Source: Nemertoderma westbladi (taxonomy: Eukaryota; Animalia; Xenacoelomorpha). From it: 64,000 nucleotides of DNA. The stretch lies in NCBI GenBank assembly GCA_032718475.1, contig JAUCBJ010001606.1:1-64000 (forward strand). Direction: 5' to 3'. Made by a program: the position numbers and the translations under genes. Positions 37,795-50,000 of this stretch are shown piece after piece. The notes beneath the pieces were generated by a model that saw nothing but the letters and a program-made list of their open reading frames with translations, ran no database searches and had not been told where the DNA came from. Each line of letters opens with the position of its first letter. The stretch's first letter is position 1.

Positions 37795-38685
37795 TAGGGA
37801 TGGTACGGAGCTCCGGCTTCGGACTCAGAATTATCCGGCCTTTTTTTTTGCCCCGGGCTCCGGATTTTCTACTGATAAAGCCAGAGCCTACGCGGAGTTA
37901 ATTCAATATTGTACCCGCAAATTATAACTGATTACTTGAATAAATTATATAAAGTATTTTTTATTGAAAATATTTTGTGTAGATTTTTTTCTAAAAACTG
38001 GAGACTTTTTTTTCTTCACATTTTTTACCTGCAGGACCCTATACTAAAATAAAGCACAAAGTAGGCCTACGAGTATACAATAAAAAGGGATATAATGAAA
38101 TTATAATTAGCAGTAAAATATTCACGATAAAATTCACAATTTTATTAATTTAATATTTTTTATTTATTGACTTGTTTTGATTTAGTATTTTGGTTAGGTT
38201 TAGTCAGTTATAGTAGTTGGCCATAATCCAAGAAATTTAGCGAAATTTCTGAAGTAAATTTAGAAATAGCGATATTTATTATAAAATAGTGTCCATAAAC
38301 GACCATTAAAATTTAACTACAAAAAACGATTAACTACAGTACATAAAACACCATACGACATGACATATTGTGTTTTCAAACTAAAAACTGTCAAAAAACT
38401 TAAAGGCTTTGGTATCAACAATACAGTGCATCAAATATACATTTACTAGTATGTGCAATTTGAAGTAAAAAAAACTGTCTAAATATGTAATTAAATTAAT
38501 AAAAATAAGATGAGTCTAAAATTGGTTAATCTAAAATAAAGTATGGTACAGTAGCGGCAAAATATTTACATTACACATTACCAGTCCACCACTCTCCGGC
38601 TCCGGCTCCGACCAGAGCAACTGCGGCTGAACTCCGTCACCGGATCCGGGTATAACCCTATAAATATAGCTCCGTTCCATTCCTA
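37795..38685. mobile_element. hAT-like MITE
   Basis: TAGGGATGGTACGGAGCT ... AGCTCCGTTCCATTCCTA, with CCGG(C/A) subterminal repeats. Near-TSD GTATATAG(T) / GTATATAC. Confidence 0.75.
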
Positions 38686-39501
38686 GTATATACCTTATCT
38701 TTAATGGAGTCAATGGCGGAAAAATACCGCAAACACAAAATAAATTCTAGTGGGTTTGAAAAATAGTTTAATTTAATTAAAAACATTAAGGGAAAGGATC
38801 AGATTACAATGGCGGTGTTTTCTAACCAAAAAAGTAAACTATACCTTATTTCACTTGCAGTCAATTTGCGCTGAAGATCACTATTTTCGCGTGCGGTCAA
38901 TGTGCGCCACTATCGGCTTTAATGTATATGTTCCTGAATTATTTAGAAAATTAAAGGCGTTATATCGCTGTTAAGTGTTGGTACGCAAAGGGTTCGGTTC
39001 TCTAATCTTCAATTATCCGCGATCTATTTGTTCCACGAGTGCGTTGCGTGGCTTCGCGCAGCACGAATTCTGAGCTTTTACGGAGCAGAAATTTTGTTGA
39101 CCTCTGGTCTCTCCCCCTAGTGGCTGAAAGGGGAAGTAGGAAGTTTGTATATATTTGTTTAAAGTGTGGTTTGTTTGATAGCCTACCTAGCAACCCTATC
39201 TGGGTGTTAGCTTATCTGTTTGGTGATTGTTTTTTTAATTTATAATTATGCTTTATTATAGTGTACCAGTGCAGTATGTTTTATATTGTGAATAACATTG
39301 GTATGAAAATATGCTAATCAGCTAATTCTAATTGTCCTTCAGCCGACCGCTACCGGTATCATAAATAAATCAGTGGTACTGCTCATCACAATATACTGTC
39401 ATAGGCCTAAATCCATATCCGGATTTTCATCAGCTAGCAGCTAGTACAGTTGTAGTACAGTACTGCAGTAGTAAACACAACTAAATAGCATAGAATCAAT
39501 A

Positions 39502-40476
39502 ATGGCAACACAAAATGGGGAGGTTAAATCTGTCATACAACGGGTTGATATCGTAAATGTGGATACAAACGCAATCGACGTACAAAAGGAAGCTGCCAAT
39601 CAATTGGCTATCGACGAGAATAATTTATACTTGGAGCATTCAGGAATGAAGTCAATCCCCGAAAACTTTAACTCTTTCTTAAAATTGGAGTCTCTATGTC
39701 TGCGAAGAAACGAGATAATTCAAATCGAGAATATCAACCATTTACTCGCTTTAAAAGATCTCGACTTATACGACAATCTTCTAACGGACATACAAGGCGT
39801 TGACACTCTAGTTAATCTCGAATCATTGGATTTATCTTTCAATTCTTTACGAACAATTTCCAAGTTTGGAGAGAGTTTCCCAAACCTAAAGAAATTATAC
39901 CTCGTCCAAACAAAGTTGGACGTTATATCTAACGTGTCGCATCTAACTTCTCTCACTATGCTGGAGTTAGGTTCGAATAGAATCCGAAATATCGAGGGAT
40001 TGTCGACGTTGGTGAACTTGAGGGAACTATATCTCGGGAAGAATAAAATCCCGGAGATAACCGGTTTATCGGAGTTGGTGAATCTACGAATATTGAGTCT
40101 ACAGAGCAACAGAATCACAGAGATTCGCGGATTAAACACCTTGACTGAATTAGAAGAACTTCATCTCGACGAGAACGGAATTAAAGAGATCGAAGGTATC
40201 GAAAATCTCAATAAATTAACCACTCTCAATTTGGCCTCGAATAAAATCTCGGAGATTCAGAATGTCTCGCATCTCACGAACCTTCAAGAGTTTTGGTTCA
40301 ACAACAATCTTGTCACCGATTGGGCGAACGTCGATAGACTTTCGACTCTCAAGTCCCTTCGGACCGTCTACCTCGAACACAATCCAATATTCCAGGACAA
40401 CACGTATCGGTTGAAGATAAAGTTAGCGCTGCCGTGGGTCAGTCAGATAGATGGGGGTATGACGACTACAAAGTAG
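39502..40476 (+). CDS. PPP1R7: Protein phosphatase 1 regulatory subunit 7 (SDS22), LRR protein, single ORF
   Basis: SDS22-type LRRs LDLYDN, LDLSFN, LTMLELGSNRIRNIEGL, LYLGKNKI, LSLQSNRI, LQEFWFNNN, and LRR cap TVYLEHNPI...YRLKIKLALP.V.QIDG. 324 aa. Confidence 0.93.
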   Translation: MATQNGEVKSVIQRVDIVNVDTNAIDVQKEAANQLAIDENNLYLEHSGMKSIPENFNSFLKLESLCLRRNEIIQIENINHLLALKDLDLYDNLLTDIQGVDTLVNLESLDLSFNSLRTISKFGESFPNLKKLYLVQTKLDVISNVSHLTSLTMLELGSNRIRNIEGLSTLVNLRELYLGKNKIPEITGLSELVNLRILSLQSNRITEIRGLNTLTELEELHLDENGIKEIEGIENLNKLTTLNLASNKISEIQNVSHLTNLQEFWFNNNLVTDWANVDRLSTLKSLRTVYLEHNPIFQDNTYRLKIKLALPWVSQIDGGMTTTK

Positions 40477-41262
40477 TTGGGTTGGTTCTGGGCGTCGAAT
40501 CACTGTCTATGTGACCATTGGGTGAGGGGGGGGGGGGGGGGTGGGCCGCGTAGAGTGGGGAATGGGCGGGGGGAGGAGGCGAGAGTCATGGGAGCTGGGC
40601 CAGGATGGGGGGCGGTTTGGGTATAGAGGGCTCACATTACGTTCCGCACAACTTCTTAAACTATATGATTTATACTTACAGTTATGTAAATTTTGTTACG
40701 TCATTTCAAATTCAACTTATCACATATCAGCCCTCCTGTGATATCCTCCTGTCCTCGTAACGTTACAAAGTAATAAAAAATCACTTCTGGAGCACGTGTC
40801 TTTAGAATTTGATTGAGGAGGGTCAATCTCAAACTCTGTTCCACCAATTGTGTATAGATAATTATTGCCTCATTTATATTTCGTATACTATTTTATTATA
40901 CTAATGTTTTGATTACAATATTATTACAATTACATGCTACTGTAACCTGCTCCTTTCTCTTAATTTACAATTAGCGAGTGAAGCATGCTCACGTGCGAAT
41001 AGTGCAATAGTGGACAAGGGTGAAGATTCCTCGGGCGAATATTCCAGGTTTAAAGTTACAAATTAAAAAAGGCTATATTTCATAAAAATTATGTTCAACC
41101 TTATACGTCATCTCTCATGTGTTCTAGTAAATGTAGTGGCCACCATGAAGTAAGTGATTTCCGGCGCAAATTGGTCGTACATGAAATATAGTGTTGTGTA
41201 TTGTTTTGGGTAGGAAACTCTGACACTAATCCGTCCCTTTCTAAGTTATTAATTCTACTAAA

Positions 41263-41528
41263 TGAATTGGAGTTGAGCTGTTAATGTAACTGTAACTAAA
41301 GGTGTAATATTATGGTTTTGGATTTCATTTTATGGATATGCAACTTAAGACTGCCTGTTCAATAGAAGTGGATTAGGTGGGATAGTGAATGTCAGGGACA
41401 AGTGGCTGAACTGGTTAGCGCTACTGATGAGACCTGATAGGCTGAAACATACGTATAGTGCTGGTTTATCCCTTGGTGGCGCGCTTTCTCATTTTTTCCA
41501 TTTCTGAACAAAACCATAATATTACACC
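41263..41528 (+). mobile_element. 266-bp Penelope-like/retrozyme-like insertion with a 15-bp TSD and a short inverted repeat
   Basis: ATTAATTCTACTAAA at 41248-41262 and 41529-41543. GGTGTAATATTATGGTTTT (41301-41319) is inverted to AAAACCATAATATTACACC (41510-41528). Contains a hammerhead motif. Confidence 0.72.
41417..41462 (+). ncRNA. Minimal type I hammerhead ribozyme, with imperfect stem II
   Basis: Stem I AGCGCTA/TAGTGCT, core CTGATGA, stem II GACCT-GAT-AGGCT (one wobble, one mismatch), GAAAC-ATAC-G, cleavage triplet GTA at 41453-41455. Confidence 0.7.
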
Positions 41529-41899
41529 ATTAATTCTACTAAACAATTTTCATCAATCATTTTTCACCATTAAATCCCTATATGTTAGTCAATGGAAACA
41601 AAAAATTATGCTCTAATTATTTGACGTAATCGACCATGCTGATTCTAAACAAACATGTTATAACTTCTGAAAATAAAGCATAACGAGGAGTAGCATTTTA
41701 AGTCATATATATATATATATTGTTACTCTGCAGCTAAGGGGCATACATTTTTTTTAAAATATTTAATTAAATATACTCTACTACTAAGTCGAACAAGCTC
41801 AGACAGTGGAAATGAGATACTTCCAGGCTTCCTGATTCTCCATAGTAGTCGCAATTTCGTTTCTCTCAAGTTCAGTTTTATCCCTTTCAAGTTGGCTTT

Positions 41900-43020
41900 C
41901 AACATATACCTGTATGTCATAGCCGGTCGTCCACGGCACGCTTTCCTTGTGGTGGTTGCTAGAAAAGTAGATCTGGTATGAACTCATGTTTACTTATCCA
42001 GCATTGCCCACTGAATCTTAATCTGCGTTCATGGAGGGTGGTTGATACAGGTGGTATTGTACCATAAAGCTCGACGTTTGTCATGCGTTGTCTCCAGCTG
42101 ATGTTTAGGGCTGCTCTTAGTAGTCTTGTGTAGCAACCATCAATTCGTTGTTCAAGTGATTTAGTCAGTGTCCAGGTCTCACCCCCGTATAAAAATACAC
42201 TTTCCACTGTGGCTCGAAAGAACGTAGTCTTCAGGTGCCTGGAGAGATCTGATTTCCAGATGGCATCCATTTTTGATAGAGCTACCCAAGCCTTTGCTTT
42301 CCTAACTTCTATGTCCTTTTTGCTACTCTCTATCCATGATCCTAGGTACTGGAAGTCATCGACCTTCCTTAGTTGATTATTATCGATTGTGTCAAGTTTA
42401 CATTAACATTAAAAGTCATGAATTCGGTCTTTGTAGCATTTATATGTAATCCAACCTCCTTAGCAGCCCTCTCCACTTTATGTAGTAGAAGCTGTGCATC
42501 TACCATCGTATTAAAGAGGAGGGAGATGTCATCCGCAAAGTCGGTGTCTGTGACTAGTTGCCGGATATCTACTACTTCTGCGTTCATGAAGTGTGAATCC
42601 CAGATCTTCACTTTGTGGCCGTCCTCGTTGCGTAATCCAGTACAATTACGAATAGTAATGGCGGCAATGTGTCACCTTGCAGTACACAGCCAAGATTGAG
42701 AAGAACTCAGTATCACCATCTGCTGAGAGTATCTGAGCTTCTGTGTCACAATGTAACAATGCAATGCCAGCGACAATTAAATCTGGTATTCTAGAAACTC
42801 TTAGGATTTATAGCATTTTACCTCTATGGATGGAGTCGAATCTTGAAGTCCACAAATGTCAGGACTGGGGGGAGATTCTTTGACTTAATTCCTTAATCAG
42901 TTTTCATAGTGCAAGTATCTGAGCTATTGTTGATCTATTTGGTCGAAATCCGTTTTGGCTCTTATGCAGTAGTTTCTCCATGTGAGGCCTAATCCTATAT
43001 AGAATCATTTTATTGTGTGT
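41900..43020 (-). mobile_element. Degenerate RTE-clade LINE reverse transcriptase fragment
   Basis: FRPNRSTIAQIL, TDTDFADDISLL, GLHINATKTEFM, DDFQYLGSW, VESVFLYGGETWTL, RRLRFSG, interrupted by frameshifts. Confidence 0.85.
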
Positions 43021-44078
43021 GAAGTCCCCTGTTTCTATAGGTAGCGTCTAAATTGTATTTTATACTTTATTTATCCTTATTCGCTTTTTGGAGCAGTATG
43101 TTGACTTACAAGGCAATATTTTCAAACTTCAAACAATATCATAATGTATTTTTTTTTCTAATCGCATAAGAGCCTATTGGTCAACATCAAAACAAATTGA
43201 AGTTTACTCAGAAACGAAATCCGAATAAATAACGTTCATATCGCAACCAATTATATGCCAAATTCGGTATTTTTCCATAAAACAACAAACGATATACTTA
43301 ACGATAAACACTATATTCCAGGACATGGTGTAATGCTGTAATAGTTTCTCGTTTGAAATAACCAGTTTTTGCATCTACTTGCGGCAATTTTATTATATTT
43401 ATTATACATCCCACCCACATCCTATACAATATTACTATTACTTAGCTATTTATACATAAACAAGTTCTAGAATGTGGTGTATTTATTGAATTTAATAAAT
43501 GGCCTGCAGCGGCACCTTTAACTACTTAATTTTAAATGGTTAAATCTGTTGCCATTCTCTCCATCTCTCCGGAGGTCGTGGTCGTTTCAGTGCGAATGCT
43601 TTAAGGAGACTAGCCAGGTCGTATCAATACCCGGAATCTTTCATGGTAGCTAAAATAAGTACCTGTTACCTCTGGGGAGTATAGTTCTTGGGAGACAGCA
43701 CAGGAACTAAGTCATCAGACTTTGTGATAATCGCTGCCCTATTTATTTATTCATCAGGCCTTTACGCCATCTGCGGCTATATTAAGTAAAAGGTCTAGCA
43801 AATTTAATAGTACGTTGGCATAATATTATAGTATGCCTACTAACGGTCGAAGAATTTGGTAGAATTTATGGTTTAAATGATTATCCCACACCATAAAATC
43901 ACAACCATAAGGATCTATAAATTGGTGGAATTGGTTTTGTACAGCCAACTAGTACCTATATTTATTAGGTTTATTATCATAACATAATAATATAACCCTA
44001 CATAGCAAATATCATTCGTGCATAAATGCAATATATTATGGTGCCTAAATTATTGCGCTGATAAATTGCTTTATAAAC

Positions 44079-46631
44079 CTAGATGTGAAATGTCGATTGT
44101 GGTTTTATGTGTGCTTCGTATACTGGTATCTGGTTTTTCTGTGTTCCGAATGTTTCGAAAAACAACTTATCGAAACCGTTTCTGTTAAACTTGTTGGTCT
44201 TGAACAAGGCCTTGGCCTTGTTTTTGGAAGGCGAGTACCAATGCTGCCCAGACGGAACCAAACATAACCTCTGCATGCATTGACCAAGCTGCTTTTTCAT
44301 TGTCGTTATTTCGTAAAAATCATCGTATGTTTGTTCCTTTCTTGATACATTGTACAAACATTTTTTATTTTCTAAGTATTCACTTATAATACTAGATTCG
44401 TCCATCTTTTTAATTTTTTCTTTTTCAATTTCGAAGATGAAATACATCATTGCAACTAAGGTTATGTCTCCGTATTCTATGTAGTGATCCCAAAATACCT
44501 TAACCATGACATATGGAAGGACTTTAATATAATATTGTGCTGTCCAACTATATATTATATTAACCTTTAGATGCATCTTACATTCTTCAATGCCAATATT
44601 TTTGAAATGCTCATATAAATCTGGAATTTCATTCTCTATGATCCACCAAATTAGGTTTGAGTAGCTATTAACCGTTGATAAAATTTTTTTCTCATTTAGA
44701 AATACACCGATATGACGCCTCTCACTCTTTATTAGCGTTTTTAGGTACCAAAATGCATCCTCCTCACAATTTTCCCCATCATCTTCGTCATCTTTGAGGT
44801 GGAAATAGAACCAGCCGACCAGCTGATGCATTCCTTGGCAGTAATTTATATCTTTATCATATGCAGCATAAGCAGTCAAAACTTGGAAAACAAAACGATG
44901 CGCCCTGCCTGTATTCATTGTCCCGTTTTCATCTTTGTAAAACCTACTTCTTAGTGAATCAATCCAAGGAATCAGAGGATCTATTCTGGGGATATCTGTA
45001 TCAATTTCTCTTAGTGTTTTCACAGATAACATGCTGTCCTGTGTTCGAGCTGTTGCCTTCAACTCCTTATATCTACCAACATTTTTTTCCTTATTCTTGA
45101 GTCTAGTTACTCCCATGATATCAATCCATTCTTTCGTTTGGGATTTTCCGGAATATTTTTTTTTGGTTTCAAATTCTTTATAATCCTCGGTACGATCGTA
45201 CTTCTGAAATATAGCACATCTTTCATCCTCGATCGGATTAAATGTATGATCGGTTAAATGTTCGACTGAATCTTTTGGTGTTATTTGTGCTTTGTATACC
45301 GGTATACTGTTCTTCTTTTTTCCGAATGTTTTGTGAAACAACTCATCGAAACCGTCTCTGTTAAACGTATTGGAGGTGAAACAGGTTGGTGGAGCCACAC
45401 ATAATCTCTGCATGCATTCATCAAGCTGCTTTTTAATTTTGGTTATTTCAGATTCATCGCATTTTTTTCCTTTTTTATGCAGCCTTTTTTGGTTTGAACT
45501 TTTTTCATTTATGTGATTACCTAAATTTTTAATGTAATTTAGCGTATCACCCACTTTGTCAATCTCTTTTATTTCTTCTTTGTACATTTCGAAGATGCAA
45601 TACGTCATTGCAACTAAGGTTATGTCTCCGTATTCTACGTAGCGATCCCAAAATACCTTAACCATGTCATATGGAAAGACCGGAATATAATATTGCATTG
45701 CCCAACTAAATACAATTGAGTTTATTAGTATCTTCGTATCAGTATCTATATGTTCAATGCCAATATTTTTGAAATGCTCATATAGATCTGGAATTTCATT
45801 CTCTATGATCCACCAAATTAGTTGTGGGTATTTTTCGTTTGTAAATATCATTTTTTTCTCATCAACAAATACACCCATATGACGCCTTTCACTTTTTATT
45901 ATCGTTTTTAGGAACCAAAATGCGTCCTCCTCACAATTTTCACCATCATCTTCACCATCTTCGAGGTGGAAATAGAACCAGCCGACCAGCTGATGCATTC
46001 CTGTGCAGTAATTTATATCTTTATCATATGCCGCATAAGCAGTCAAAACTTGGAAAATGAAACGATGAGCCCTGCCTGTCTTCATTTTACCATATTTATC
46101 TTCTGTACAGCTAAAAAACTCACTTCTTGGTGAATCAACCCAAGGAAACAGATAAGCTGAGCCTAGTTGATCTGTATCAATATCTCTTAGTGTTTCCATA
46201 GATATCATCCTGTCATGTGTTCGAGCTGTTGCCTTCAACTTCTTATATCTACCAACATTTTTTTCCTTATTCTTGCGTCTAGTTACTCCCATGATATCCA
46301 TCCATTCTTTCGTTTTGGATTTTCCGGTATATTTTTTTTTGGTTTCAAGTTCTTTATAATCCTTGGTACGATCGTACTTCTGAAATATAGCACATCTTTC
46401 AGCGTAATCGTTTTGTCGTTGATAATCGCGATCGGTTAATTGTTCGACTGGAGTCGAATTGGATATTGAGGACCCCTTCGTGGAATCTCTTCTTTGTTTA
46501 CTTATCAACATTGAGCTGCCATTGTTTTGGCGAATGGGTGGAAGGTCAGTAGATAATTCGTCTTCAGGTTTGCAAGTTTGAGATGAACTAACATCTTGGC
46601 CACTACGAGATGTTCCACAATACGCATCCAT
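44079..46631 (-). CDS. Divergent Rab-GAP protein with two tandem TBC domains, single ORF of 850 aa
   Basis: Two ~395-aa repeats, each with FQVLTAYAAYDKDINYC(T/Q)GMHQL, EEDAFW and IPDLYEHF. The second copy has IDTDIPR and YCQGM. Confidence 0.85.
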   Translation of the reverse strand: MDAYCGTSRSGQDVSSSQTCKPEDELSTDLPPIRQNNGSSMLISKQRRDSTKGSSISNSTPVEQLTDRDYQRQNDYAERCAIFQKYDRTKDYKELETKKKYTGKSKTKEWMDIMGVTRRKNKEKNVGRYKKLKATARTHDRMISMETLRDIDTDQLGSAYLFPWVDSPRSEFFSCTEDKYGKMKTGRAHRFIFQVLTAYAAYDKDINYCTGMHQLVGWFYFHLEDGEDDGENCEEDAFWFLKTIIKSERRHMGVFVDEKKMIFTNEKYPQLIWWIIENEIPDLYEHFKNIGIEHIDTDTKILINSIVFSWAMQYYIPVFPYDMVKVFWDRYVEYGDITLVAMTYCIFEMYKEEIKEIDKVGDTLNYIKNLGNHINEKSSNQKRLHKKGKKCDESEITKIKKQLDECMQRLCVAPPTCFTSNTFNRDGFDELFHKTFGKKKNSIPVYKAQITPKDSVEHLTDHTFNPIEDERCAIFQKYDRTEDYKEFETKKKYSGKSQTKEWIDIMGVTRLKNKEKNVGRYKELKATARTQDSMLSVKTLREIDTDIPRIDPLIPWIDSLRSRFYKDENGTMNTGRAHRFVFQVLTAYAAYDKDINYCQGMHQLVGWFYFHLKDDEDDGENCEEDAFWYLKTLIKSERRHIGVFLNEKKILSTVNSYSNLIWWIIENEIPDLYEHFKNIGIEECKMHLKVNIIYSWTAQYYIKVLPYVMVKVFWDHYIEYGDITLVAMMYFIFEIEKEKIKKMDESSIISEYLENKKCLYNVSRKEQTYDDFYEITTMKKQLGQCMQRLCLVPSGQHWYSPSKNKAKALFKTNKFNRNGFDKLFFETFGTQKNQIPVYEAHIKPQSTFHI

Positions 46632-47063
46632 GATAACTAATTGTTGGTTACTACTTTTCTCTATTTTGGATTTTGTTATGGATTAATCAAGTTAAAATGT
46701 GGGGATCCCAAAACTAATTCGCAATTCTTAGAAAATATTTTGTTTATTCTACATTATCCTTCCCTCGAAAAATAAAAAGAACATAATGTGGAAATAAAAA
46801 TATAATATGTGGAGGGAGGCTGATGATTTGGGGCTGATGGTAACATACTGTGGGGTGAGGTTTCAACTCTATTTGGTGGTACGGTAGGGATATCTAATTT
46901 AATAATAATAATAATAATAATTAAAATATTTATATAGCGCCTTTCCTAAATTAAGAGCAAGGCGCATGGCACTGTTAAAATGTAGGATTGCTAAAAAATT
47001 AGATAAAAACAGTTTAATTAAAAACGGACATTGATAACATCGTGTGAACATGATTATGCAGAT

Positions 47064-50000
47064 TTACTCGTAATCCAGGTGGAAGTAGTGTGTTTTTAGC
47101 CTCGACTTAAAAACCGCGATGGTTGGTGATTGTCGAACGTTGAGTGGCAGTTTGTTCCAAATAGTCGGGGCAGCAACTGAGAAAGCGCGCTTGCCGTAGT
47201 GCACCATGTTGAATCTAGGGATCACCAGCAGTTCGTAGTGGGATGACTTCAGTGACCGGGAGGGCGTGTAGGGTGACAGTAGATCTCGCAGATATACTGG
47301 TGCTGTTCCATTCAGACACTTGTAGGTAATCATAGCAATTTTATAGTCTATCCGACGTTGCACTGGAAGCCAATGTAGTCGCATTAGTACAGGGGTCATT
47401 CGTTGCCTGTCACTTTTCTTGAGACCAACTAAAAGACGCGCCGCACAGTTCTGCACATATTGTAGCTTTTTAATGGAATCAGTCGGAAGACCGTAATAAA
47501 GGGAGTTGCAGTTGTCCAATTTACTTGTGACAAGCGCATGAATCAAAATCTCAAGATTATCTTTGGATAAATAGCGCTTAATTTTTCCAAGATTCCTGAG
47601 GTGATAGAATGCTTCTCTGACAGTAATTCCAATGTGCTTGCGGAGTGTCAGATGAGAATCGATTTCAACACCGATATTACGCGCAGTTGCGCTACAACCA
47701 ATAGTCTCGGAACCGATTATCACGTGCGGGGATTCAACTTGTTTACCGAATTGCGACTGCAGCATGACCACTTTAGTCTTATCTGAGTTCATCTTTAAAA
47801 GATGTGAGTCCATCCATGCTCGAACTTCGGAAAGGCACTTTTCAGTGATATCCACTGCATCATTCAGGTTTGATTTCTTAAATGTTATGTATATTTGAGT
47901 ATCATCTGCGTAGAGATGTAGGGACAGTCCGTATTTCCTTATCACATTTGCGAGTGAACGTGTATAAATAGTAAATAGTATTGGGCCAAGTACTGATCCT
48001 TGTGGGAGGCCGTATCTTAATTGCTGAGGTTGAGAATATGAGTTGTTAATGCGTACTTGTTGTGAGCGGCCCAACAAGTAGGATCGAAACCAATCTAGTG
48101 CTGTCCCTGCAATGCCGATCTCATGTTCCAGAGTATTTAATAAGATACTGTGTTCGACAGTATCAAATGCAGCACTGAGATCGAGCATTATTAACAGTAC
48201 TGCACAACCATCATCAATTCCCCTCAGAATCTCATCGCTGACCCTAAGGAGTGCAGTTTCGGTTCCATGGAATGGTCTATAGGCACTTTGCATAGGCTCG
48301 TGTAGATTATGTAAGTTCAGATGGAGCATCAGTTGGTTTGCAACAGCTTTTTCAACTAACTTCGAAATGAACAAGAGGTTTGAAACAGGTCTAAAGTTTT
48401 TCAGTATCTCGGGGTCAAGGCGTAGCTTCTTGATAATGGGATTGAGCACAGCTTCTTTAAATAATGATGGGAATGTAGCAGTTGTGAGTGATAAATTAAT
48501 TATCATTGTAATGACACTTAAGAGAGTTGTAAGGTATTGCTTCACAATATGTGTAGGGAGTGGATCACGGGGACTGGATTTGGGTTTTGAATCTTTGATA
48601 AGCTTGGCAACATCATCAGTTGATATTTCCTCGAAGTGATCAAGTTTTGGTACTGAAAAAGAGAATTGAGAGTCAGTTGGGCTACAATACTCTTCATCAG
48701 GGGCTACCTTGGCCCCAACCTCAGATTCAGCACTTCCGCAGTTCATAGTCTGATTTGGCAGATTTTGTCGAAATTCGATATCAACACCCAGCATTTCATC
48801 GCGAATATTTTCAATCTTTTTGTCGAAGTAGACTGCAAACCTTTCAGCTAACTCATATGCAGAGTCATGAGTCGGTAGGACATTACTTTTATGGTGAAGA
48901 ATTTTGTCAACCACTGAGAAGAGCTTTCTATTATCACCAATGTTTGAATCAATAATACCCCTGTAGAATTTCTCTTTTGTTGATATTAATAGCTGTGCCA
49001 CGACATTACATTGTTGCCTGTAAGCATCACAGTCTATCTGAAGTTGAGTCTTTCTATACCGGCGCTCGAGTCTCCTTCGCTTCCTTTTAGCCTCCATTAT
49101 TGAATTATTGTACCACTTTGCCATGGGCTGAGATTTCGTGCACTTTTCAACAAGTGGTGCGTGAAGTTCGTAGAGGGACGATAGAATGTCATTGTACTGC
49201 CTTGATAACTCATTGACATTCGTTGCAGGACATCGGCATAATAGTGATGATTCAATATCAGTGCGAAGGTCACACCAGTTAGTCGATTTCGTATCTCTGT
49301 AGGATGTCACACAGGGTACTAGTGGAGGCTTTGACAAGTTCAAATTAAAGCTGACTGCGAAGTGATCAGAAAGCCCAATGTCATGTACACAAATATTATC
49401 AACGAGTTGCAAGTCCTCAGAGTAGGTTAAGATCAGATCAAGGGTGTGTCCGTGTCGATGTGTTGGTTCCTCTACATGCTGTGTGAGTCCGAAGCAGCTA
49501 ACAATCTCGAGAAATTTGCAGGCTTCCGCATTGCAATTGTTGTCAACATGGAAGTTGAAATCGCCAATTATAATTAGCCTACCGGAGGAAGTTATCAGAT
49601 TCTGAAGCAAATCGGCAAATTGGTCTAGAAATTGTGTATATGTGAAACCGTTAGCTGGGCTTGGGCAGGTCCGGTATATAATGAATATCCTAATTAAGGA
49701 CCCCGAGTGGCGTAGGGTCAGCTCCATGTACTCAAAGGTTGGATATGTTGAACCATCAGAAGGACTGACCTTCATGCTCAGGGAGTCGCGATGGATACAG
49801 GCCACGCCACCGCCTCTTGTTCTGGTTCTTGGAATGTGTTTTATAGAGCTACCCCTAGGACAGATATCATTTATGACCACATGATCCTGGATTGTACCTG
49901 TCAACCAAGTCTCAGTGATGGCAGTTATATCAATGGTATTCTCCAGAATGTAGTCTTTAATAAATTCTGCTTTGTTGTTCACAGACTGTGCATTATACAG

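Noticed and set aside
36311-40620. Poly-G/poly-C tracts (also ~26835, ~27956, ~53326) as functional G-quadruplexes
   Set aside because: Homopolymers are scattered and often associated with repeats. Nothing here indicates function.
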